Part shown: one piece after another, positions 16,089 to 22,693 of the stretch
How positions within the stretch are numbered: the first letter of the stretch is position 1
Layout of the letters: every line of letters starts with the position of its first letter
Virus record (IMG/VR): IMGVR_UViG_3300042399_001275
Coordinates: 1-30,821 of that record
Source of the DNA: a virus
Lineage: Duplodnaviria; Caudoviricetes
Length of the DNA stretch: 30,821 bases
Strand: one strand, 5' to 3'
The notes under the pieces: generated by a model
Seen by the model: only the letters and a program-made list of their open reading frames with translations
What the model was told of the DNA's origin: nothing
Databases searched by the model: none
Made by a program: the position numbers and the translations under genes

Positions 16089-17704
16089 AACTCACGCTCA
16101 ACGACGACGTCTACCTGTGGGGCGGGCGCGAAGCTGAAGTCGAGACACTGGCCAAGGATGCTGGTCTAACCCTCTCGACCACGGCTTCGCGCTCGCGCGG
16201 GCACAACGTCTACTTTACACCCGAGCCTCACGCGGTTCTGCATCTGTGGAACCACGCGGACGAGAAGGCCAAGGCGGCGCTGCAGCCGCTTCGTACCGAG
16301 TGGGAGCGTTCCAACCTGAACGAGGCCCCACCGGGCTTCAGCGTCCCGGTGCCAGAGTTCTGCGAACTTATGCCATTTCAGATTGCAGGCGTGCATTATG
16401 CAAAAGACCGAGCTAACTGCCTTATTGGGGACGCACCGGGTCTTGGTAAGACGATCCAAGCCATCGCCCTGGCTAATCTGCGAGGATGCAAAAGGGTCCT
16501 TGTGGTTTGTCCAGCAAACGTCCGCCCCCAGTGGGCACGCCAGATTAAAATTTGGTCTACGCTGCCGCGCGTCGTCGTCTATCCGGTGTTCAAGTCTTCA
16601 GATGGGGTACACCCGACCGCGAACTACGTCATCACGAGCTTCGAAGTAGCCCGTGACGGACTATGGGACACGCTACGCTCCTACAACTGGGACCTGTTGG
16701 TGATCGATGAAGGACATTATCTCAAGACCCCTGACGCCGCGAGAACACGCGCGCTTTTTGGTGCTAGCAAGCAGAGTAAATGCCGCTATGCTGGAACTGG
16801 CGGCATTTCTGAACGAGCCGAGCAGATCGTTGCCCTCACTGGAACTCCTCTGCCCAACCGACCCCGCGAATGCTATACGCTGGCAAATGCACTGGACCCC
16901 TCGTCAGTAGACTGGATGAACTTCAACTCGTTCAAGGACCGCTTCAATCCCGGTGGCCGGGACATGGACAGTGGGGCGACGTGGGAGTACACCGCACGCC
17001 TGCCCGAGTTGAACGCCCGCCTGCGCTGTAACTTCATGGTGCGCAGGCTGAAGGAGGACGTGCTGAAGGACCTTCCGGCCAAACGGTACGAAATCGTCCC
17101 GGTGGAGTTGACGGGTAAGATTGCGATGGCCCTGCACGCCGAGAAGATGCTGGACTTCGACGAAGAAGAAATGCTGCGCCGATCAGGAGGCAAAATTGAC
17201 GGAGCAATCTCTACAGTGCGTCGCCAGATGGGAGAAGCAATGGCGTCTGCCGTTCTTGAACACCTGCTTACGCTTCTCGACGGCGGGGTCGAAAAGCTCG
17301 TCGTATTCGCGCATCACCACTCTGTCCTGGAAGTCCTCCAAAAAGGTATGGCGCGACATGGTTGTCTTAGAGTGGATGGTGGGACCTCCGCAAGAGGGAA
17401 GAACCAAGCGGTCGAGAAGTTTAAGTTTGACCCTCGGCTGAAGGTGTTTCTCGGCCAGATGCAGTCGATCGCCACAGGCACGGACGGTTTGCAGGACGTT
17501 GCGACTCACTGCGTACTGGCCGAGGCGTCATGGGTGCACGGCGACAATGAGCAGGCAGTCGATCGACTGCATCGCATGGGGCAGAAAGGTTCGGTCCTGG
17601 CGCAGCTTATGGTCGCACCGGGCTCGATCTCGGAGCGCATCCTGGGGCGTAGCATTTCCAAGGGGCGCACAGTGCAGAAGGTTTTGGATGGAGCGCCAGT
17701 CTAA
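16085..17704 (+). CDS. SNF2-family helicase
   Basis: LMPFQ, DAPGLGKT, LVVCP, DEGH, LTGTP.PNRP, MVRRLK, VVFAHH, QAVDRLHRMGQ. Confidence 0.95.
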   Translation: MKLTLNDDVYLWGGREAEVETLAKDAGLTLSTTASRSRGHNVYFTPEPHAVLHLWNHADEKAKAALQPLRTEWERSNLNEAPPGFSVPVPEFCELMPFQIAGVHYAKDRANCLIGDAPGLGKTIQAIALANLRGCKRVLVVCPANVRPQWARQIKIWSTLPRVVVYPVFKSSDGVHPTANYVITSFEVARDGLWDTLRSYNWDLLVIDEGHYLKTPDAARTRALFGASKQSKCRYAGTGGISERAEQIVALTGTPLPNRPRECYTLANALDPSSVDWMNFNSFKDRFNPGGRDMDSGATWEYTARLPELNARLRCNFMVRRLKEDVLKDLPAKRYEIVPVELTGKIAMALHAEKMLDFDEEEMLRRSGGKIDGAISTVRRQMGEAMASAVLEHLLTLLDGGVEKLVVFAHHHSVLEVLQKGMARHGCLRVDGGTSARGKNQAVEKFKFDPRLKVFLGQMQSIATGTDGLQDVATHCVLAEASWVHGDNEQAVDRLHRMGQKGSVLAQLMVAPGSISERILGRSISKGRTVQKVLDGAPV

Positions 17705-17892
17705 TGTGGTTTCTAGTCGTAGCTGTCCTCACGGGTAACGGGGCGATGCTGAACCCGTACCGCACGGACGTATTCATGGAACGCGGCTTCACTAAGGAAG
17801 CCAACTGCACCTTGGCCGCAGAGCGCTATCGGGCGCTGGAGAAACTTAACCAGGTGGTTAAGGTCGACGCCCGTTGCGAGTTCCAGCCGTAG
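17704..17892 (+). CDS. Small hypothetical protein with a hydrophobic N-terminus
   Basis: 62 aa, TAATG coupling, two Cys. Confidence 0.65.
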   Translation: MWFLVVAVLTGNGAMLNPYRTDVFMERGFTKEANCTLAAERYRALEKLNQVVKVDARCEFQP

Positions 17893-17922
17893 TTGACAGC
17901 CTACCCGTAAATGCCCGATAAT
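17893..17922 (+). promoter_or_regulatory. Sigma70-type promoter
   Basis: TTGACA-18 nt-GATAAT. Confidence 0.65.
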
Positions 17923-17958
17923 ATACGGGCTCCCGAATTTCTTGCAGCAAGGATCAAC

Positions 17959-18543
17959 ATGACCGACGTGCCATTTGTAATCTCCGCTTTGTTTTCCAAG
18001 ACGGTGCAGACCGCGCCCTACGAGAGCGAGAAGGCCGAGATTTCGGCGCAATGCAAGGTCGAGGACGGCGCTGACGCCCAGGCCACGATCGAGGGCACCA
18101 TGAGCATGGTGCGCAGGCAGGTCATGATCGCGCTGGGCAAGGAAGCCGGTGCGCTGACTGCCGTGGCCTCCGACCCGCAGAAGCGTGGTCCGGGCCGCCC
18201 GCGCAAGGACCCCCCGGTGGAGCAGGTTGCGGAGAAGACGGTCGAGAAGGCCGCCCCGCAGCCGGTGCCGCAGGAGGAGAAGGTCGAGGCTCCGGAAGCC
18301 CCGGTCGAGGACGACGACTTCGGTGATCCGAAGGACAAGCCGATCGAGGCCATCAGCGACAAGCAGCTTCAGGAAGCCTGCGCCGCGGCCTCCAAGAAGC
18401 CCGGTATGGACGCCTCCAAGGTCAAGAAGTTGTTCGGGACCAAGTACGGCACCACCCTGGTTGCCAAGATCAAGCCCGAGGAGCGCAAGGACTTCCTGGC
18501 CGACCTCGCCGCCCTCGTCGAAGCCAACAAGCCGAAGGAATAG
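17959..18543 (+). CDS. Hypothetical protein with an AT-hook-like motif
   Basis: Start moved to ATG 17959 (AAGGA). KRGPGRPRK, acidic Pro-rich linker, helical C-terminus. Confidence 0.8.
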   Translation: MTDVPFVISALFSKTVQTAPYESEKAEISAQCKVEDGADAQATIEGTMSMVRRQVMIALGKEAGALTAVASDPQKRGPGRPRKDPPVEQVAEKTVEKAAPQPVPQEEKVEAPEAPVEDDDFGDPKDKPIEAISDKQLQEACAAASKKPGMDASKVKKLFGTKYGTTLVAKIKPEERKDFLADLAALVEANKPKE

Positions 18544-18545
18544 CA

Positions 18546-19310
18546 ATGCCGACCCTGGCCGAGACGAACAAGAACCCGCTCAATCTCCGCCCTTTGCCGG
18601 GCGGGGAGAAGTGGCAGGGCCAGACCGGGATCAGCACGAACCCGGTCACGGGCAAGTTCTGCGTGTTCAAGGACAACGAACACGGCGTCCGCGCCGCGGT
18701 CATCAACATGCGTTCCTACGTCAAGTTCTCAGGGGTCAAGACCCTGAAGGATGTGATCTACCGTTGGGCACCCCCTCCTCCCGGCGGCGAGATCATTGGG
18801 CAGGCCGGTTCGGCGGTCGGCGGGGTGGACATGAACCACACCGCGGCTTACCTCCAGTCTGTGTGCCGCCAGACCGGCCTGCCCGCCGACTTCGACGTCA
18901 CCGCGCTGGTGTCGTCCAATAGCTCGCCGTACTTCAAGGGCAAGATCGTCTCGATCGTCCGGGCCATGAACGTGGTCGAGGCGGGCAAGTCCACGATCAC
19001 GCTCCTGGAGGCGCAGGCGGGCGTCAACATGGCTCTGGGCGTGCCGGAAGGCTACACTCGGCAGGACGACGGCAACATCATCCGTGAGGACATGAAGCAG
19101 TCGGAAACCCTGAAGATCAACACGCAGGGCCAGGTGGCCAACGTCGCGGCCACGGGTACGGCGGCGGTGACGGCCTTCTCCGCGATTAGCGATTGGAGGA
19201 TCGCCGCGATCGTGGCCGGGGTTATCCTGATCGCTGGCGCAGCCACGGCCATCTACTTCTGGCGTCTGCGAAAGGACCGCAAGATGATGCACGAGAACGG
19301 CATTGCCTAG
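18546..19310 (+). CDS. Lysozyme-like protein (putative endolysin) with a C-terminal transmembrane segment
   Basis: NPLNLR, F..F....HGVRA, T....I.RWAP and NHT.AY...V motifs. C-terminal IAAIVAGVILIAGAATAIYFWR. Lies upstream of the spanins. Confidence 0.7.
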   Translation: MPTLAETNKNPLNLRPLPGGEKWQGQTGISTNPVTGKFCVFKDNEHGVRAAVINMRSYVKFSGVKTLKDVIYRWAPPPPGGEIIGQAGSAVGGVDMNHTAAYLQSVCRQTGLPADFDVTALVSSNSSPYFKGKIVSIVRAMNVVEAGKSTITLLEAQAGVNMALGVPEGYTRQDDGNIIREDMKQSETLKINTQGQVANVAATGTAAVTAFSAISDWRIAAIVAGVILIAGAATAIYFWRLRKDRKMMHENGIA

Positions 19311-19467
19311 CAAGCGCGAGGTGATCCCCGACGCAAGCCGGGCTGACTTCTCTTTCGTGGTTCCGGGCATGGATGGCCTGGAACTGAAGATGCCCTACGC
19401 CAAATGGGAGGAGTTCCATGCGGCGCTGGGCAACGAACTGGCCAAGCGCATGAGGCTGGAAGAATGA
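19303..19467 (+). CDS. Small hypothetical protein (54 aa)
   Basis: Read by hand from TTG: PSKREVIPDASRADFSFVVPGMDGLELKMPYAKWEEFHAALGNELAKRMRLEE. ATGA coupling to the next gene. Confidence 0.5.
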   Translation: MPSKREVIPDASRADFSFVVPGMDGLELKMPYAKWEEFHAALGNELAKRMRLEE

Positions 19468-19805
19468 AGTGGTGGGTCCTCGCCGCCGCGGTCATCCTGT
19501 GGGCGTCTGTTTTCATGGTCGCCCCGGCCCATGCGCACGATCAGTACAAGGACTGGAAAGCATGGGACGGAGGCTCGTGCTGCTCCGAGCGGGTTGAACA
19601 CCCGAACGGCCATGTGACGGGTGACTGCCGCCCGGTGCGTGCAACACAGGACATGGACGGCAACTGGATCGCCTACGAACGAGGGAAAGAATACCGTATC
19701 CCGCCACAGGCCATCCGCCCCATCCAGTCCCCGGACGGGCGCAGCCACCTGTGTGAAATGCACGGCCATATCTTCTGTTTCGTTCCTGGAGAGGTGCGCT
19801 CGTGA
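19464..19805 (+). CDS. Secreted Cys-rich protein
   Basis: Start at ATG 19464. Signal peptide ending AHA, then SCCS...DCRPV...SPDGRSHLC...IFCFVP. Confidence 0.75.
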   Translation: MKWWVLAAAVILWASVFMVAPAHAHDQYKDWKAWDGGSCCSERVEHPNGHVTGDCRPVRATQDMDGNWIAYERGKEYRIPPQAIRPIQSPDGRSHLCEMHGHIFCFVPGEVRS

Positions 19806-20050
19806 CCTGGTTCCTGACCCTGTGGCCGAAGATAAAGTTGTGGGCGATCGGCGCGGGTATTGCGCTGGTGTTCGTCGGCATACTAATATGGAGGGTGTTC
19901 GACGCTGGGCGTAACGAGGAGAAGATCAAGCAGGTTGAAGCCGTGTTGACCAACGTGCGCCGCGCCGCAGAGGCCCGCGCACAGGAGAGAGGGAAGCCTA
20001 CCAATGCTGAAGATGACGAATTTAACCGTGATCGCTGGGGTCCTCGCTAG
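19802..20050 (+). CDS. Putative i-spanin (Rz-like)
   Basis: N-terminal TM (WAIGAGIALVFVGILIW) and a helical periplasmic part, overlapped at the 3' end by a lipoprotein ORF. Confidence 0.7.
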   Translation: MTWFLTLWPKIKLWAIGAGIALVFVGILIWRVFDAGRNEEKIKQVEAVLTNVRRAAEARAQERGKPTNAEDDEFNRDRWGPR

Positions 20051-20183
20051 CTGCACCCCCGTCCCGATCGATACCTTCTGCACCAGTTACATTCCGGTCA
20101 GTTACTCGGCGTCACGTGACACGCCCGAGACGGTGCGCCAGGTCCAGGAGAACAACGCGGTGTGGAAGAAGCTATGCAAGTAG
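20004..20183 (+). CDS. Putative o-spanin (Rz1-like lipoprotein)
   Basis: Read by hand: MLKMTNLTVIAGVLASCTPVPIDTFC...ENNAVWKKLCK (59 aa). Lipobox LASC; +1 overlap with the i-spanin. Confidence 0.75.
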   Translation: MLKMTNLTVIAGVLASCTPVPIDTFCTSYIPVSYSASRDTPETVRQVQENNAVWKKLCK

Positions 20184-21340
20184 AGCTTCCCGCCCACTCC
20201 AAACTCGGCGCGTCCAGCACGCACCGCTGGTTCCATTGCCCTGGCAGCGTGAAGTTGATCGAGGCCATGGGCGACACGGCCAAGAAGTCCAGTTCCTACG
20301 CCGACGATGGCACGCTGGCGCACGACATTGCGGCACGCTGCCTGAAGTCGGGGGAGGATGCCAAGGTCTACATTGGGGAAGCGGACTTCGCTACGGAGGC
20401 GGTGTTCAAGGAGGAAGACGCTGTCGCGGTACAGGTCTATCTCGACGCGGTGCGCAAGGAGATCGACGAGTTGGGCCTGCGCGGCAAGAAGATGGGTTCG
20501 CGCGTGCTGGTGGAGGAGCGCTTCCACCTGGCCGAAGTGCATCCCGACTTCTTTGGGACCACGGACTGCACTCTGATCGGCAAGACACAGGCCCAGGTGT
20601 GGGACTACAAGCACGGTGCCGGTATTATGGTATCGGCGGAGAAGAACACCCAGTTGATGCAGTACGCCGTGGGAGCATTGTATGGAACAGATGCGTGGGG
20701 GGATGACAACTTCCCCGTCGAGATCAACATCTGTCAGCCGCGAGTATACGGGGTGGAGCCTGTTAGATCGTGGTGGACAAGCGTGGGCGCACTCAAGGCA
20801 TGGCTGCGTGACGATTGGCTTGCCGCCGCAAGAAGGACAGAACAGCCGTCTCCATTTCTACAGCCTGGTCCTTGGTGCAACTCCTCCTTCTGCCCCAAGC
20901 GACTGACCTGCCCTGCCATCAAGGAAATGCGGGCGCGTGTCCTGACCTACACACCGGAGATCATCAAGGCCATGGAAGACTGGGAACTGGGCCTCGCGGC
21001 CACCGAGACGAACATCGTGAAGGGCTTGGCCAAGGTCTTCGACGAGGAGATTTTCACCCGCCTGCGTGCGGGCAAGCAGATCAGCGGTTGGAAGATGGTG
21101 GCGAAGAAAGCTGATCGTGTGTTCAAGGACGACGCCCCGGTGGCCGACACGTTCGGTGAAGCGGCGTACGAGAAGAAGCTGAAGACACCCCCGGCCATCG
21201 AGAAACTGGAGGGCGGCAAGGACTTCGTGAAGAAGTACGCTTACAAGCCCGACACCGGCATGACCGTAGCCCCGGATACCGACGCCAGGGCGGGCCAAGC
21301 GGTGCGCAACCGTGACGCTGTTTTTGAAGGGAAGTTGTGA
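20174..21340 (+). CDS. DUF2800 / Cas4-like PD-(D/E)XK exonuclease
   Basis: HSKLGASS..RW..CPGS, GTLAH, FGTTD, DYKHG, QL..YA.GA, and Cys cluster WC...CP....CP. Start at 20162 or 20174. Confidence 0.9.
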   Translation: MQVELPAHSKLGASSTHRWFHCPGSVKLIEAMGDTAKKSSSYADDGTLAHDIAARCLKSGEDAKVYIGEADFATEAVFKEEDAVAVQVYLDAVRKEIDELGLRGKKMGSRVLVEERFHLAEVHPDFFGTTDCTLIGKTQAQVWDYKHGAGIMVSAEKNTQLMQYAVGALYGTDAWGDDNFPVEINICQPRVYGVEPVRSWWTSVGALKAWLRDDWLAAARRTEQPSPFLQPGPWCNSSFCPKRLTCPAIKEMRARVLTYTPEIIKAMEDWELGLAATETNIVKGLAKVFDEEIFTRLRAGKQISGWKMVAKKADRVFKDDAPVADTFGEAAYEKKLKTPPAIEKLEGGKDFVKKYAYKPDTGMTVAPDTDARAGQAVRNRDAVFEGKL

Positions 21341-21489
21341 TGGACATGCAAAAGCTAATTCACGCTGTGGATGAAGCCGCGTATCTTCTGTCAAGGGACC
21401 CATACCCCTGTTCACAAGACGCGGCGCGAAACCTGCGTGCCGCCCTGGCCGAAATGCTGCAGCAAGAAGTCCGCAAGCACGGTACTTGA
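21340..21489 (+). CDS. Small hypothetical protein (49 aa)
   Basis: Read by hand: MDMQKLIHAVDEAAYLLSRDPYPCSQDAARNLRAALAEMLQQEVRKHGT. TGATG coupling. Confidence 0.55.
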   Translation: MDMQKLIHAVDEAAYLLSRDPYPCSQDAARNLRAALAEMLQQEVRKHGT

Positions 21490-21515
21490 CCATTGTAAGT
21501 GTAGCGTGGCATAAT
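21486..21515 (+). promoter_or_regulatory. Sigma70-type promoter for the SSB gene
   Basis: TTGACC-18 nt-CATAAT. Confidence 0.6.
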
Positions 21516-21556
21516 AGTTGGGTTGAACGTTAACTACTTTGAAAGGCGAATTGTAA

Positions 21557-22210
21557 ATGGCTAAGATTACTCCCTCCCTCGTCGTGATCGGTCCCGCCAA
21601 GCTGGTGCTGTACCATCCGATCCTCACCAAGACCAAGTTCGATGCTCGTACCCGCAAGTCCGTCGTGGACGATAAGAACGGCAGCTACAACGCTACCTTC
21701 CTGATCCCGCAGTCGGACACGGATACAGTCGAGGCGGTCAAGGCGGCCTATGTCAAGGCGGCGAAGGAAACCAACTCCAGCGTCGAGTTCAAGGACTGGA
21801 GCAAGAAGTTCACCCTCGGTGAGAAGGTGATCGAGAAGGCGATGAAGAAGAACCCCGACAAGTCCGCCGATCGCATGGCGTACATGAAGGGCATGTGGGT
21901 GCTGGAGGCCAAGTCCAAGTTCGCCCCCGACCTGTCGAAGGCGGTCGGCGGCAAGGCGGTCGAGGTGCCCGCGGAGACGGCGGACCGGGAGTTCTACTCG
22001 GGATGCCTGGTGAATGCCGAACTCAACCTGGTCGGTAGCCAGATCGAGAGCGGCGAGAACACGAACCGCTACCTGACGGCCTACGTCAACTTCATCGTGA
22101 AGGTTGGCGAGGGCGAGCGCCTCGGCCGCAAGAGCCGCGACGACGTGTTCAAGGGTGTGCTGGGTGGCTCCTCTGCCCAGGACCCGACGTCGGGTGACGA
22201 AGACTTCTAG
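21557..22210 (+). CDS. Single-stranded DNA-binding protein (DUF2815 / T7 gp2.5-like)
   Basis: Y.ATFLIP, EFYSGC, GEGERLG and acidic tail GDEDF. Sits between DUF2800 and the polymerase. Confidence 0.88.
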   Translation: MAKITPSLVVIGPAKLVLYHPILTKTKFDARTRKSVVDDKNGSYNATFLIPQSDTDTVEAVKAAYVKAAKETNSSVEFKDWSKKFTLGEKVIEKAMKKNPDKSADRMAYMKGMWVLEAKSKFAPDLSKAVGGKAVEVPAETADREFYSGCLVNAELNLVGSQIESGENTNRYLTAYVNFIVKVGEGERLGRKSRDDVFKGVLGGSSAQDPTSGDEDF

Positions 22211-22266
22211 CCGTGCGAACAGACGGCGGGTCGTAAACACCGCACTGACACGGCAGGCTACCGTGA

Positions 22267-22293
22267 GCCCGGTGAAAGTCCGGGCACTTTTTT
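22267..22293 (+). terminator. Rho-independent terminator (last hairpin of a structured spacer)
   Basis: GCCCGG-TGAAAGT-CCGGGC followed by ACTTTTTT. Confidence 0.65.
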
Positions 22294-22309
22294 AAATTGA
22301 GGACGGCCA

Positions 22310-22693
22310 TTGCATATAACGATCGAAGAATGGAGGCAGGTAGTCGGGCACGCTGGCTACCAAGTTAGTAGTCTAGGCCGAGTTCGTAGCGTCCCCCGCG
22401 TTGTCCGCGGGCGTAGGTATAAAGGCCAGATGCTAAAACCTGGCGTGGCCAGTAGCGGCTATCCCACTGTAGCCATTGGTCGGAACAACACTAAGACGGT
22501 TCATTCGTTGGTGGCCGCCGCGTTCATTGGGCTCTGCCCAACGGGGCAAGAGGTTCGCCATAAGGATGGGGATAGAAGGAACCCGCGTCTTACTAACCTG
22601 GAGTATGGAACCCGTACTGAAAACATACGTGACGCTATGCGACATGGAACATGGGATCATAAGGACCATTATGCACGTCACCATAGATTTTGA
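22310..22693 (+). CDS. NUMOD4-HNH homing endonuclease
   Basis: EEWRQVVG...YQVSSLGRVRS (NUMOD4) and VHSLVAAAFIG...VRHKDG...N....NLEYGT..EN (HNH). More AT-rich than its neighbours. Confidence 0.92.
   Translation: MHITIEEWRQVVGHAGYQVSSLGRVRSVPRVVRGRRYKGQMLKPGVASSGYPTVAIGRNNTKTVHSLVAAAFIGLCPTGQEVRHKDGDRRNPRLTNLEYGTRTENIRDAMRHGTWDHKDHYARHHRF

Noticed and set aside
22211-22293. tRNA or cobalamin riboswitch
   Set aside because: No acceptor stem, TTC T-loop or CCA; too short and lacking the other riboswitch elements.
22476-22670. 65-codon N-terminal extension of polA given by the ORF track
   Set aside because: It lies inside the HNH gene without a clear RBS, and the exonuclease motif I begins right after ATG 22671.
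22310-22693. Group I intron carrying the HNH within polA
   Set aside because: No room for an intron core, and polA has its own RBS and complete N-terminus at 22671.
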